Of a stretch of DNA of 64,000 bases, positions 26,584 to 37,574 are shown in pieces; the stretch's first letter is position 1; each line of letters starts with the position of its first letter. A program made the translations under genes and the position numbers. This DNA is from Saprospiraceae bacterium (GTDB lineage Bacteria; Bacteroidota; Bacteroidia; Chitinophagales; Saprospiraceae): assembly GCA_019638455.1 (NCBI GenBank), contig JAHBTU010000005.1, positions 277,054-341,053 of the forward strand, given 5' to 3'. Under the pieces are notes generated by a model. It saw only the letters and a program-made list of their open reading frames with translations, was not told the origin of the DNA and searched no databases.

Positions 26584-29511
26584 ATGGCCCACCAAATCGT
26601 ATTCAACCTATACCCCTTCAACGAGGCGCTATTCCTGCCTTCCGCTTATATCGTGGAGGCAGATACGGACGGTCAACTGAAATACGTCGTTCAACGTGCG
26701 ACGGCGGCCACCATAGCACCCTACGAATTTGAGATGACAGAAACGTTCGAGCGGCTGCTGGGGATTATCGAGACACTGGAGCCAAAAACACTGGAGGCGA
26801 AATACAAACCACCGAAAGCCAAAACCACTGTACCGCTCGCTCGGCTGTTGGCCGACACCGACACCAAACAAGTGGTCGAGCGATTCATTTTCAACCAGAT
26901 GGATGCTTTCTTCACCCAAGTCACCCAACACCAACTGCCGCTCACGCTCGACCTACAACGCAAATCGTGGGCGAAGGATGTGCAAATCGTCCTCGCTCGC
27001 GAGCCACTCGTCCCCCATCTTTTTTTCAAAAAAACAAGCGCAGGCATCGAATACCGCCTGCAACTCGGCACGGAGGAAAAAACTTGGAATCTCCGCGAGC
27101 ACAACGTGTTGCCACTCACCAATACTGACCCCGCTTGGCTGCTCATAGACTATGCCCTGTTTCGGGTGCCGGGCATCAATGGCAACATGGTGAGGCCTTT
27201 TCGGCAAAAAGACGCGGTGCAAATCCCGCCCGACAAAGAGCGGGCATATTTCAAGTTTATTGAAAAAAGCATCCGCCGCAGCCGCGTGGAAGCCGAGGGT
27301 TTTGAAATAAAAAAGACAGAAAATCTGCGTGTCACGCGCCTCGAAGCAGTAGAAAATGTATTGGAAAGTCGCTGGCTGCTGCGCCCCGTTTTTGAATACG
27401 GTGGCGCTGAGTTTGTCCATGGCGACCGCCGCGACCGCGTCACCTCGCTCGACATTCCGCAAGGAGAGCAAGGCGAAGTCGCGGTGCATCTTATTACCCG
27501 AAATGAAAAGGCCGAACGCGAGCAAATTGATTTTTTGAAAAAAACGGGGCTGAATGCGGAGGGTACCCTGTTTGCCACACCGGAGGCAGCCAAAGGCGGC
27601 CTCGCTTCCATATTGGATTTTCTGGTGCGTCACCGCCCGATGCTCGAAGCCGCTGGTTTTTCAATCAGCGCCCCGCAAACAGCGGGCAAAACGCTCGCCC
27701 TCGCCACCTCCGATATAAGTGTGCGCTCCGAAGCGGCGGGAGATTGGTTCGACGTGCAAGGCCGCGTCACGGTGGGCGACTACTCGTTTCCTTTCCAAAA
27801 ACTGCTGCCCAACCTGCGCCGAGCCGACCCCTATTTCCCCCTGCCCGACGGCACGTTTTTTCTCATCCCCGACGAATGGTTTGCCCGCTACGCCGACCTT
27901 GCCGGAGCGGTGCAGGAGCAGAGCGAACAGCTGCGTTTGCCAAAGGCGCTCTATACCGTCCTGCAAGAAAGCCTGCCCGAAACGGACGGGGTGCAACTGC
28001 CCGATATTGACCCTGAAAAAATTGACTACCAACCTTCAGACAGCCTTAAAGCAGATTTGCGCCCCTATCAAATGGCGGGCGTGAAATGGCTCATCGGACA
28101 CTATCAACATGGTTTTGGCGCTTGTCTCGCCGACGACATGGGGCTGGGCAAAACCTTGCAGACGCTCGCCATGCTGGTGTACGCGAAGGAAAACATCCCC
28201 GGCGACGATAGCCACAAACAGGAAGCAATCGCTCCTCAATTGGACCTCTTTTCCGCACACCGCCAAGCCCTCAGCCCGCTCAATGCCCTCGTCGTATTGC
28301 CCGCCTCCCTGGTGTTCAACTGGCAGCGCGAACTGGCAAAATTCGCCCCCGACCTCTACAAAATGACCTACATCCACACCGGACCAAAACGGCTGAAAGA
28401 TGCTCGCGCACTCGCGATGCACGACGTGGTGCTCACCACCTACCATACGGCCCGACAGGACTTGGCCCTATTAGGAAAAATAGAGTGGCAGTTCATCATT
28501 CTGGACGAAAGCCAGCAAATCAAAAACAGAGAATCGGAAGTCTCCAAAGTGGTGCGCAGCCTGCGCGGTCGCCACAAAATATCGCTGTCCGGCACGCCCA
28601 TCGAGAATTCGTTAGCCGATTTATGGACGCAGATGGAGTTCATCAACCCCGACACGTTGGGCAGCTACAAGGTATTCCGGGAGCAGTTCCAAACGCCCAT
28701 CGAAAAACAAAACGACGAACAGGCAAAGGCGCGGTTGTTCAGCCGGGTGAAGCCATTTTTTTTGAGAAGAACCAAAGAAGAGGTCGCGCCAGACTTGCCC
28801 GAACTGACGCAGCAGATTTTTTTCTCCGAAATGCCCGATGCACAGCGCAAACTGTACGAACAGGTGAAATCCGCCGTGCGCAACGAAATCCTCTCTTTGT
28901 TCGACGACCCGAAAACCCGGCTCATGGCCTTGCAGGCCCTCACCCGGCTGCGCCAATTGGCCAATCACCCCCTGCTCACCGATGCGGACTATGCTGGCCC
29001 CAGCGGCAAAATGGACGACGTGCTGGCCCAATGGGATGTGGTTCGCAGGGCTGGCCACAAGGTGTTGTTCTTCAGTTCCTTTGAGCAACATTTGTCCATA
29101 TTCAGGAAAAAGATGGAGGCCGACAAGCAGCCGCTGGCTTGGCTCACGGGCGCAGTGCCGGTGCCAGAGCGCGCCCATGAGGTGGAGCGTTTTCAGACCG
29201 ACACTTCGGTGCAAGCCTTCTTGATGACACTCGGCGCTGGTGGCGTTGGCCTCAATCTCACGGCAGCCGATTATGTCTTTATGCTCGACCCCTGGTGGAA
29301 CCCCGCCAAAGAAGACCAAGCCATCGCCCGCGCCCACCGCATAGGCCGCAAGCATCCGGTGACGGCGATACGATTCATCGCCCGCGACACCATAGAGGAG
29401 AAAATCGTGCAGATGCAGGAACGCAAGCGGGCGCTTGGCACCGATTTGTTTGCGGCGGGAGCCGAGTATCCTTCCTTAGACCGAGAGGATGTGGTCATGC
29501 TGTTGGATTGA
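26584..29511 (+). CDS. SNF2-family helicase (N-terminal bacterial SNF2-associated region + DEXH + HELICc)
   Basis: 975 aa with LRPYQMAGVKWL, LADDMGLGKT, FIILDESQQIKN, and the C-terminal LMTLGAGGVGLNLTAADYVFMLDPWWNP and QAIARAHRIG. Confidence 0.9.
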   Translation: MAHQIVFNLYPFNEALFLPSAYIVEADTDGQLKYVVQRATAATIAPYEFEMTETFERLLGIIETLEPKTLEAKYKPPKAKTTVPLARLLADTDTKQVVERFIFNQMDAFFTQVTQHQLPLTLDLQRKSWAKDVQIVLAREPLVPHLFFKKTSAGIEYRLQLGTEEKTWNLREHNVLPLTNTDPAWLLIDYALFRVPGINGNMVRPFRQKDAVQIPPDKERAYFKFIEKSIRRSRVEAEGFEIKKTENLRVTRLEAVENVLESRWLLRPVFEYGGAEFVHGDRRDRVTSLDIPQGEQGEVAVHLITRNEKAEREQIDFLKKTGLNAEGTLFATPEAAKGGLASILDFLVRHRPMLEAAGFSISAPQTAGKTLALATSDISVRSEAAGDWFDVQGRVTVGDYSFPFQKLLPNLRRADPYFPLPDGTFFLIPDEWFARYADLAGAVQEQSEQLRLPKALYTVLQESLPETDGVQLPDIDPEKIDYQPSDSLKADLRPYQMAGVKWLIGHYQHGFGACLADDMGLGKTLQTLAMLVYAKENIPGDDSHKQEAIAPQLDLFSAHRQALSPLNALVVLPASLVFNWQRELAKFAPDLYKMTYIHTGPKRLKDARALAMHDVVLTTYHTARQDLALLGKIEWQFIILDESQQIKNRESEVSKVVRSLRGRHKISLSGTPIENSLADLWTQMEFINPDTLGSYKVFREQFQTPIEKQNDEQAKARLFSRVKPFFLRRTKEEVAPDLPELTQQIFFSEMPDAQRKLYEQVKSAVRNEILSLFDDPKTRLMALQALTRLRQLANHPLLTDADYAGPSGKMDDVLAQWDVVRRAGHKVLFFSSFEQHLSIFRKKMEADKQPLAWLTGAVPVPERAHEVERFQTDTSVQAFLMTLGAGGVGLNLTAADYVFMLDPWWNPAKEDQAIARAHRIGRKHPVTAIRFIARDTIEEKIVQMQERKRALGTDLFAAGAEYPSLDREDVVMLLD

Positions 29512-29570
29512 GGCGAATATCGGAGTCTCTTTAAGCCCCTCCATTGCCACAAACTCCGTAGTTTGCACCC

Positions 29571-31667
29571 ATGAAAAAATGGTTTTGGAAAAACGCCTTC
29601 CTCGCAGTGCTTTTCGCGCTGCCTGCTGGTTTTTTCGCCCAAAACCCCGTGGCGGACTCGCTTGCCCGACTATTGGAAAAAGCCAAACAGGACACCCACC
29701 GCGTCAACCTCCTGATTGATTTGGCTTGGGAAATCAATGAGACACACACCGACGAGGCCGCCAACAAGCTGAACGAGGCGATTGCGCTGGCGCAACGATT
29801 GAAGTTCCCGAAAGGGGAAGCCACCGCGTGGAACGGACTCGGTGTGGTGGAAGAGTTTCGCAGCGACTATGCGCAAGCAGAAATTTGCTATCGCAAGGCG
29901 CTTGACATTCGCCGCCGTTTGGGCGACAAACGCGACATCGGCTCATCCTACAACAATCTGGGGGTACTGTATGAATACATGGGTCGGTTCGACTCGGCAT
30001 TGGCGTTCCACAACCGGAATCTTGACATTCAGAAGACGCTTCAAGACACCGCCAAAATTGCGCGGGCGTTTGTCAATATCGCAGGCGTCTACATAGAGAC
30101 TGGCTCTTACCCAGAGGCGCAAAGCCAAATTCTAGATGCCCTCTTTTATTTGGAGCGGCTCAACGACCAAGATGGCATCGCCAAGGCTTTCACGCAATTG
30201 GGGCACATCCAGCTTGAATTGGACCGCTACGCCGAAGCACTCCCGTGGTACGAAAAGGCGCTCAAACTGCGAGAACAGCTCAACGACGAAGGCCGTTTGG
30301 CTGAGGCCCTCACCGACTACGCCAACGCGCTCGACGAACTGAAAAACAAGGATTCGTCAAGCGCAGCCATTCCCTACTATATGCGGGCCTTGGATATTTG
30401 GAAAAAAATGGACAACCAATCGGGCATCGCACAAGTTTACACCAATTTGGCAGATGCCCACAAGAAACTCGGCAACCACCAGACAAGCCTTGATTACCTG
30501 CGAGAGGCCGAAAAGATATGTCTTGAATCGGGCGACACGCAAGCTTTGATGGAGGTGTACAACGTGTTCGGCGACACTTATGGCCGCATGAAGCAATTCG
30601 ACAAGGCACTGAAATACACACAAACCTATCACGACATAGCAAAGAAGAGCGGCGATTTGAAATACTTGCAAAGAGCGTTCAAAGACTTTTCGGAAGTGTA
30701 TTCGGGCATGGGTGATTTTGCAACTGCCTACAAATGGAGAGTGCGCTATGACAGCTTGCGCTATACGCTCCTCAACGAAAAACTCACGGGAGACTATGCC
30801 CGAAAAGAGGCGTTTTTTACCGATAGAAAAAAACAAGAGCAAATAGAGAAACAAGAACAGGCATTGCGTGTGCAGGAAGCCGAGATCGCCACCGCCCGCA
30901 TTCGCCAATACGCCCTTTTGGGTGGTGCCGTCGCACTTATGCTACTCGCTGGTCTGCTCTTCAACCGCAACCGCATCCGTGCCCGCGCCAACCGCGAGCT
31001 AGCTGCCAAAAACGCCGCCATTCAGCGCGAGCGCGAGCGCGCCGATGGTTTGCTCAAAAACATCTTGCCTGAAAAAACAGCGGAGGAGTTGAAATTGCAC
31101 AACGCCGTGCAGCCCGTGCGCTACGAGTCCGTCACCGTGATGTTCACCGATTTCAAAGGCTTCACCAAAATAGCGGAGCAAGTGTCGCCGGAGTCGCTCA
31201 TCGCGCTGCTCGACGACTGTTTTCGCCTTTTCGATGCCATTGTGGTCAAATATGGTTTGGAAAAAATCAAGACCATCGGCGATGCCTATATGTGCGCGGG
31301 CGGCCTGCCTACTCCCAACGACACACACCCGGTGGATACCGTGAAAGCCGCCCTCGAAATGCTGCATGGCCTCAATACGCTCATGCAAAAAAACGCTGCC
31401 GCTGGCAAGCCCGTCTTTGAGATGCGGGTCGGCATACATACTGGCCCGGTGGTGGCGGGCGTGGTGGGCAGCCACAAATTTGCCTACGACATCTGGGGCG
31501 ACACGGTGAACACCGCGGCACGGCTGGAGCAAAACAGCGAACCGGGCAAAATCAACATCTCGGAAACGACGCATCGGCAGGTGAAGCACCTGTTCGACTG
31601 CACGTTTCGGGGAAAATTGGCCGCAAAAAACAAAGGGGAAATAGCGATGTATTTCGTCAATGGCTAA
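29571..31667 (+). CDS. TPR-repeat sensor with transmembrane helix and class III adenylate/guanylate cyclase domain
   Basis: 698 aa. The order is a signal/anchor, a run of TPR-like repeats (YNNLGVLY, FTQLGHIQ and others), the TM helix YALLGGAVALMLLAGLLF, then VTVMFTDFKGFT ... KTIGDAYMCAGG ... RVGIHTGPVVAGVVG. Confidence 0.85.
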   Translation: MKKWFWKNAFLAVLFALPAGFFAQNPVADSLARLLEKAKQDTHRVNLLIDLAWEINETHTDEAANKLNEAIALAQRLKFPKGEATAWNGLGVVEEFRSDYAQAEICYRKALDIRRRLGDKRDIGSSYNNLGVLYEYMGRFDSALAFHNRNLDIQKTLQDTAKIARAFVNIAGVYIETGSYPEAQSQILDALFYLERLNDQDGIAKAFTQLGHIQLELDRYAEALPWYEKALKLREQLNDEGRLAEALTDYANALDELKNKDSSSAAIPYYMRALDIWKKMDNQSGIAQVYTNLADAHKKLGNHQTSLDYLREAEKICLESGDTQALMEVYNVFGDTYGRMKQFDKALKYTQTYHDIAKKSGDLKYLQRAFKDFSEVYSGMGDFATAYKWRVRYDSLRYTLLNEKLTGDYARKEAFFTDRKKQEQIEKQEQALRVQEAEIATARIRQYALLGGAVALMLLAGLLFNRNRIRARANRELAAKNAAIQRERERADGLLKNILPEKTAEELKLHNAVQPVRYESVTVMFTDFKGFTKIAEQVSPESLIALLDDCFRLFDAIVVKYGLEKIKTIGDAYMCAGGLPTPNDTHPVDTVKAALEMLHGLNTLMQKNAAAGKPVFEMRVGIHTGPVVAGVVGSHKFAYDIWGDTVNTAARLEQNSEPGKINISETTHRQVKHLFDCTFRGKLAAKNKGEIAMYFVNG

Positions 31668-31672
31668 GCACC

Positions 31673-32296
31673 TCAATAGTGCTGGAGCGGGTTGCCAAAA
31701 TCGTAGTCGAGCAGCGCATCGTCGAGCAGCGGCTCCTCGCCAAGTTTGTAAGGCTTTTTCAGGTCGTAGCCATACAGCTTGCCCATCGTGTTCCAGTAAG
31801 TTGCCGTCGTGCCGCCGCGTGTTTCTTTGATGATGTCGAAGAAGGGTTTTTCCAGCTCTCGCTCTATCATTTTTATCAGCACCTTGCCTTCCGTCTTGGA
31901 GAGGTTTTTCATTTGCTCTTTAAAATCCTCCTTCAGTTCCTTGTGCTCGCGGCGAATGTGCCTGCGACGCTTGCCCTTGTTCATGTCCTGCGTTTCTTCC
32001 TGAATCTGTTCGTACAACTCAATGGCTTGCAGCGCGTAAGGGTAAACTTTCCGACAAGCGCGGAGGTAGCGATAGTATTGGCGCTGCTCGTCGAGGTCTT
32101 TGAAATTGCGCTTGGCCGCGACACGCACGGGCCACAGCGACATGACAAAAGTGGTGTCGCCATTTTCCACCTCCATGCGCGCCCAAGCGCCGCCGCTCTG
32201 GGAGAGGGTGTCGTCGGTGCGAGGAATGGAGGATTGCGCCGACAAGGGCACAGCGAGCAGGAGCGCGATAAAGGGAAGGAAATGGTGGGTGTTCAT
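31673..32296 (-). CDS. DUF4294-like secreted protein
   Basis: 207 aa with a signal peptide. The KVYPYA...GKVLIKMIERE...TTATYWNTMGKLYGYDLK pattern is as I recall for DUF4294. Confidence 0.55.
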   Translation of the reverse strand: MNTHHFLPFIALLLAVPLSAQSSIPRTDDTLSQSGGAWARMEVENGDTTFVMSLWPVRVAAKRNFKDLDEQRQYYRYLRACRKVYPYALQAIELYEQIQEETQDMNKGKRRRHIRREHKELKEDFKEQMKNLSKTEGKVLIKMIERELEKPFFDIIKETRGGTTATYWNTMGKLYGYDLKKPYKLGEEPLLDDALLDYDFGNPLQHY

Positions 32297-32544
32297 GTTA
32301 AGATTTGGGCTTGTGTGCCTTCTTCGCCGCTATAAACGTTTGGGAAGGCATTTCATCATTTCGTCGCCGCTGTTTTTTATCAAACACGTTGCGATAAATG
32401 CGCGGTAGAGACGTATCGCCGCCCCAAATGTAACGACAACCAGCAGTTCAAAAAAATCGCGGTTTGTCGTTCGATATGCACAAATGGGCGTGTTTCCCAG
32501 TTGCACATGGATTTACCTTTATCCGTTTTTAAACCATATCTACT

Positions 32545-34323
32545 ATGAGAAACTTCCTTCGTTACCTGCCATTGGTTTTATTTTTTCTCTCCAGCCATCT
32601 CTCGGCCACTTCGGTCATTCCCTTCAAACATCTGGGCGAAGCGGCCCAAAGCAGCGAGGCGGTGGTGTTGGCAACGGTGGAAAGCGACTTCACGACCACT
32701 GCTGGCCCCCTTGTTTTTTTCGACTTCCGACTGCGGGTGGAAGAGGCCGCGAAAGGCTCGTTGCGCCCGGACGAGACTTTCACGCTGCGCCAGCACTCTC
32801 ACCGAATGGGGGATTATTTCGTGGATATTGCGGGCGATTTTGTGCCGGAAGTGGGCAGCACTTATTTGCTGTTCTTGCACCGTGTGGGCGATACTTGGCG
32901 CCCTATCACTTTTTCCTACTATGTTTTTGAGAAAAAAATCATGGGCGACCAAGAGTTGTTGACACCATTGGCGGAAGGCCTGAGCATCGCGCTCGTGTCG
33001 CGCCCTGATGGCGTGCAGCCCGAGCCAGTTGGCGTGTATCGCGTTCAAGAGCTCATGCAATTGCTACGGGAATATGCAAGCGGTGTCGCGCTCCCTTGGA
33101 ACGCTTCCTCGGCGCTTACCGGATTTTCACTCAGCGACTTCCCACAATCACGCGCCCTCCCCACCGGCTGCGATTTTATCCTGCCCGGAAGCGGAAGTCT
33201 TTGCCGTTGGCAAAACCAGAGCGTCGAGGTCTATTACGAGCAAACCGACGCGCCCGCCGGGTTCAATGCCACGCTGAGCACGGTGCTGGGCACGATGGTT
33301 GCCAACTATCCCGGCATAGACCCCAGCAACGCCGGAGAAACCTCCTTTTCCCCCAACTGCGCGGATGGCACCGTGACGGGTGCCGACTTCGTGAGTTTTT
33401 TGAACGGGCTGAATGGCTTCCAAACCACTTTGATATTTCTGAATGACCCTTGCAACCAGATTGCCAACCTGAACAATTGCGCGGGCGTGTTGGCCATCGG
33501 GGGGAGCTACCTTTCCTCTGCCACACACCAATATAAAGGAGATACTTGGAACAATGCCCTGTTGGGGTTCGTGGTGGTGAACAATGGCACCTTCGAGTGC
33601 CTGTCGGCAGGCGATTATGAGCTCATGCTCATCCACGAGATGACGCACACTTACCGAATGGACCACCTCGACCCCGCCGCTTATCCCAACCAAAACATGA
33701 ACCCTGCTTGCTGCAACCCCATCGGTGTCAAGGACATGGAGTGCATGAACTATGTGTACGAATCCGCCGCCCCAGTGACGTTGACCATGTTCGACGTGCA
33801 GCCCTATCTGCAACGGCAAGTGCTGGTGACTTGGGAGACCGCCAACGAAAAAGACAACGACTACTTCATGGTGGAGCGTTCGGCAGATGGCAAACGCTTT
33901 GAAATGGTGCAAAAAGTGTCGGGTCGCCAATTCTCCACCGACATCACTCGCTATGAATGGCTCGACCTGCGGCCCTACCCCGGCCTCAACTACTACCGCT
34001 TGAGCCAAGTGGATTTCGACGGGCAAACGACCAACTTCGGCGTGAAGGCCGTGAAGGTGGGGGAGGCGAGTGGCGCTTTCCAGCTCTTCCCCAACCCAGT
34101 GAGCCATTCCACCTTGTCATTGATGGCGGAATTGTCAGCACCTTTCAATGGGTTCATGGACATCATTGACCAGAACGGGCGGGTGCTTGGCACACAGACG
34201 CTTGTCTGGGACAAAGGGCGCAACCGATTGGAAGAGCCTGTGGAACACCTCGCGCCGGGCATTTACTGGCTTCGCCTGCGGGAGGCCGACCAAGTGCAGG
34301 TGTTGAAGTTTTTCAAAAAATAA
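32545..34323 (+). CDS. secreted metzincin-like zinc protease candidate with T9SS type A sorting domain
   Basis: 592 aa with a signal peptide. HEMTHTYRMDH has HExxHxxxxxH spacing. The C-terminus FQLFPNPVSHSTLSL...GIYWLRL is a T9SS CTD. Confidence 0.65.
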   Translation: MRNFLRYLPLVLFFLSSHLSATSVIPFKHLGEAAQSSEAVVLATVESDFTTTAGPLVFFDFRLRVEEAAKGSLRPDETFTLRQHSHRMGDYFVDIAGDFVPEVGSTYLLFLHRVGDTWRPITFSYYVFEKKIMGDQELLTPLAEGLSIALVSRPDGVQPEPVGVYRVQELMQLLREYASGVALPWNASSALTGFSLSDFPQSRALPTGCDFILPGSGSLCRWQNQSVEVYYEQTDAPAGFNATLSTVLGTMVANYPGIDPSNAGETSFSPNCADGTVTGADFVSFLNGLNGFQTTLIFLNDPCNQIANLNNCAGVLAIGGSYLSSATHQYKGDTWNNALLGFVVVNNGTFECLSAGDYELMLIHEMTHTYRMDHLDPAAYPNQNMNPACCNPIGVKDMECMNYVYESAAPVTLTMFDVQPYLQRQVLVTWETANEKDNDYFMVERSADGKRFEMVQKVSGRQFSTDITRYEWLDLRPYPGLNYYRLSQVDFDGQTTNFGVKAVKVGEASGAFQLFPNPVSHSTLSLMAELSAPFNGFMDIIDQNGRVLGTQTLVWDKGRNRLEEPVEHLAPGIYWLRLREADQVQVLKFFKK

Positions 34324-34390
34324 AATCACTGAAACTACCCGGGCGGGGGGAGTGCCACCGTCTGGGTAGCTGCGGTGAATCAAGAAAGAA

Positions 34391-34437
34391 AAAGCCTCGC
34401 AATTGCTCGAAACAGGCAGTTGTGGGGCTTTTTGTTT
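34391..34437 (+). terminator. putative terminator hairpin with T-run
   Basis: aaagcctcgcaa (34391-34402) pairs with ttgtggggcttt (34420-34431), giving 12 bp that include 2 G-U pairs. It is followed by ttgttt. Confidence 0.45.
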
Positions 34438-34516
34438 AAATTAAGTCTATCAAATTACGGTATGTGGGGGAACTTCCCGAAAGTTGCACCGCCAAATCAT
34501 CCCGGCCTCCCCTCCC

Positions 34517-35581
34517 ATGTACGCCATTATTTTGGGTTTCATAACTGCCTTCACGCTCACGTTCTCGATTATCCCGGTCATCATCCGGGTAGCGCGAGAG
34601 CGCCGCATCTACGACCGGCCCAACGAGCGCAGCTCCCATGAGGAGCCGACACCATCCTTGGGAGGCATCGGGATATTTGCGGGCACGATTTGCGCCGTGG
34701 TGTTGTGGACGCCTTTGGATTCGTTTAGCGTGTTGCAATACATTCTCGCTGCATTTGTGTTGATTTTTCTCATCGGCGCCCTCGATGATTTGCTTCCGCT
34801 CTCACCTTACAAAAAATTTTCCGCGCAGCTATTGGTGGCCGTTATTCTCGCCTACAAGGCAGATGTGCGCATCAGCAGTCTCTACGGGGTGTTTGGGGTG
34901 TATGACCTTCCCGAGCTGACAAGTTTTGTGCTTTCCGTGCTCGTCATCATCGCAATTATCAATTCTTTCAACCTGATTGACGGCATCAACGGTTTGGCTG
35001 GCTCCATCGGCTTGTTAGCCTGCGTGAGTTTGGGAATGTGGTTCTGGGCGATTCATTCGCCCGCCTTGGCGGTGGTGGCGTTCTCTTTGGCAGGAGCGAT
35101 TACCGCGTTTTTGAAATATAATTTCACGCCCGCTCAGATATTCATGGGCGACACGGGGTCGCTGCTCATCGGCACTGTTTGCGCCATCTTGTCTATCCAT
35201 TTCATCGAGATGAACCATCTTGCCTCGGTGCAATCTGCCCGTACTTTCCATTCTTCCCCCGCCATCGCCGTCAGCATCCTGATTTTGCCCCTCTACGACA
35301 CCGTGCGGGTGTTCGTGCAGCGCATTCTCCAGGGGCGCTCGCCCTTTTCGCCGGACAAAACTCATATCCACCACATCATGCTCGATTTGGGATGCAGCCA
35401 CACACAAGCAACGGCCATTTTACTGGCCATCAATATTTTGTTCGTGGTATTCACCATTATGCTCGACTGGCTGGGGACACCTACCCTGCTGGCGCTTGAT
35501 ATCGTGTTGATGTTCCTGCTCATGTTCGCACTTCAGCAATTTTCCAGAAAACGCAAAACCAACGAGCCGCCTCTTCTCTGA
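34517..35581 (+). CDS. GT4 family (MraY/WecA-like) undecaprenyl-phosphate sugar-1-phosphate transferase
   Basis: Trimmed to MYAIILGFITAF. RSSHEEPTPSLGGIGIF, DDLLPLSP, NSFNLIDGINGLAG and MGDTGSL are the family motifs. Confidence 0.85.
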   Translation: MYAIILGFITAFTLTFSIIPVIIRVARERRIYDRPNERSSHEEPTPSLGGIGIFAGTICAVVLWTPLDSFSVLQYILAAFVLIFLIGALDDLLPLSPYKKFSAQLLVAVILAYKADVRISSLYGVFGVYDLPELTSFVLSVLVIIAIINSFNLIDGINGLAGSIGLLACVSLGMWFWAIHSPALAVVAFSLAGAITAFLKYNFTPAQIFMGDTGSLLIGTVCAILSIHFIEMNHLASVQSARTFHSSPAIAVSILILPLYDTVRVFVQRILQGRSPFSPDKTHIHHIMLDLGCSHTQATAILLAINILFVVFTIMLDWLGTPTLLALDIVLMFLLMFALQQFSRKRKTNEPPLL

Positions 35582-35590
35582 GGCAATTCG

Positions 35591-36238
35591 TCACGGCTGC
35601 TTGTTCCCGTAAGCCAAATCGCCTGCATCGCCCAAGCCCGGGACGATGTATGACTTGGCGGTCAATTCCTCATCTATGGCGCCTGCCCAAATAGTGGCTC
35701 TGGGATAGCGCCGGCGAACGGCATCGAGACCCGCCGTGCTGGCAATGACAGTGGCAACGTGGATGATGGCGGGTGTGCCAAAGCGCAGGAGCTCCTGCAA
35801 AGCCACGTTCACGGAAGCCCCCGTAGCCAACATGGGGTCGCTGAGGATGAGCACACAGTCGGTGAGGTCGGGGGTGGTCACATAGTCGAGTTGGATATCG
35901 AATGAGCCGTCTTTGTGAAGCCTTCGAAAGGCTGAAATGAAAGCGTTGTCCGCCGAGTCGAAATAGTTCAACATCCCTTGGTGCATGGGCAGACCAGCAC
36001 GCAATACCGTGCCCAGCACGATGCGCTGCGCAGGCAGCATGACTGGCGACACGCCGAGGGGAGTTTCCACTTCGTACAATTCATATTGCAGCGTTTGAGA
36101 AATTTCGTAGGCCAGCACTTCGCCCACGCGCTCCAAGTTGCGGCGAAAACGCTGCCGGTCTTTTTGAATTTCCACGTTCCGCAATTCGGCGATGAACTGG
36201 TTGGCAATAGAGTTTTTTTCGGAAAGATTGAAAACCAT
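35591..36238 (-). CDS. upp: uracil phosphoribosyltransferase
   Basis: Trimmed to MVFNLSEKNS. LILSDPMLATGAS is the PRPP-binding motif, and YIVPGLGDAGDLAYG is the canonical Upp C-terminus. Confidence 0.9.
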   Translation of the reverse strand: MVFNLSEKNSIANQFIAELRNVEIQKDRQRFRRNLERVGEVLAYEISQTLQYELYEVETPLGVSPVMLPAQRIVLGTVLRAGLPMHQGMLNYFDSADNAFISAFRRLHKDGSFDIQLDYVTTPDLTDCVLILSDPMLATGASVNVALQELLRFGTPAIIHVATVIASTAGLDAVRRRYPRATIWAGAIDEELTAKSYIVPGLGDAGDLAYGNKQP

Positions 36239-36500
36239 GACGAGGGCGATTGTTGGTTGAGCAAAACTTTCGACACGTCCCATTCAGAAAGGGGCCTCGG
36301 TGAAAGCACTTTTTTTGAAGGGTGAAAGGTAGGTTGTTCGAGAGAAAAACAGGACTTGCCGCATTGGATATTGGCGGCCTCCCCCTCGCACACCAACGTT
36401 GGCATAGCGATGCCTCTTGCCTTTTTTGCTCAAATTTATTCGTCGGCAAAGGCAACGGATTCCCTTTCTTTGCTCGACGTATCAAACACATCTTTCTTGC

Positions 36501-37553
36501 ATGAAAACGATAAAAGGTCCTGCTATTTTCTTGGCTCAGTTCATGGGCGACAAATCACCGTTCAACGCGCTCGAACCCATTTGCAAATGGGCCGCCTCGC
36601 TTGGCTACGTCGGCGTGCAGATACCCACTTGGGAAGGCCGACTGATTGACCTCGAAAAGGCCGCCGAATCCAAGACGTACTGCGACGACCTCAAAGGTCG
36701 CGTCGAAGCGTGCGGCGTGCAAATCACCGAGCTCTCCACCCACCTACAAGGCCAGCTCGTGGCGGTGCATCCCGCCTACGACCTCATGTTCGATGCCTTT
36801 GCGCCGCCGCACCTGCACGGCCACCCGAAAGCCCGCACCGAGTGGGCTATCCAAACCTTGAAAAACGCCGCTCGCGCCAGCCGCAATCTTGGGCTGAACG
36901 CCCACGTCACTTTTTCGGGCGCGTTGATATGGCACACCGTCTATCCTTGGCCGCAACGCCCCGCAGGCTTGGTGGAGGCCGCCTTCAAGGAATTGGCCAA
37001 CCGCTGGAGACCCATCCTCGACGTGTTCGATGAATGTGGCGTTGACCTTTGCTACGAAATCCACCCCGGCGAAGACCTCCACGACGGGGTCACGTTCGAG
37101 CGATTCTTGGAGGCCACTGGCAATCACCCGCGCTGCCATATTCTCTACGACCCTTCACACTTTGTGCTGCAACAACTTGACTATTTGCAATATATTGATT
37201 TCTATCACGAGCGCATCAAGATGTTCCACGTCAAGGATGCAGAGTTCAACCCAACGGGCAAAAGCGGCGTGTATGGCGGCTATCAGGGCTGGGTGGACCG
37301 CCCCGGGCGCTTTCGCTCGCTCGGCGACGGGCAAGTGGATTTTGCCTCTATTTTCTCCAAGCTTGCCCAATACGACTACGACGGTTGGGCAGTGTTGGAG
37401 TGGGAATGTTGCATCAAGGACTCGGAGCAAGGCGCCCGCGAAGGTGCCCCATTCATCGCCGACCACATCATCAAAGTCACCGAGCGAGCTTTCGACGACT
37501 TCGCCGGCGCGGCGGTGGATGAGGCGCTGTTGAGGAAGATTATTGGCCTGTGA
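36501..37553 (+). CDS. sugar phosphate isomerase/epimerase (xylose isomerase-like TIM barrel)
   Basis: Trimmed to MKTIKGPAIFLAQFMG. The length and CYEIHPGEDLHD / FHVKDAEF blocks are typical of this family. Confidence 0.8.
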   Translation: MKTIKGPAIFLAQFMGDKSPFNALEPICKWAASLGYVGVQIPTWEGRLIDLEKAAESKTYCDDLKGRVEACGVQITELSTHLQGQLVAVHPAYDLMFDAFAPPHLHGHPKARTEWAIQTLKNAARASRNLGLNAHVTFSGALIWHTVYPWPQRPAGLVEAAFKELANRWRPILDVFDECGVDLCYEIHPGEDLHDGVTFERFLEATGNHPRCHILYDPSHFVLQQLDYLQYIDFYHERIKMFHVKDAEFNPTGKSGVYGGYQGWVDRPGRFRSLGDGQVDFASIFSKLAQYDYDGWAVLEWECCIKDSEQGAREGAPFIADHIIKVTERAFDDFAGAAVDEALLRKIIGL

Positions 37554-37574
37554 TTGTCAAGACATCATTGAGCC

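Noticed and set aside
29571-31667. The adenylate/guanylate cyclase as a Pycsar/CBASS-like defence cyclase, possibly paired with the neighbouring SNF2 helicase (DISARM/Zorya-like).
   Set aside because: The cyclase is a 698-aa TPR-TM-cyclase sensor typical of signalling proteins, and there is no adjacent effector. The SNF2 protein has no DrmA/B/C, ZorA/B/C or methyltransferase partners. GC is host-like and the two genes are separated by a normal spacer.
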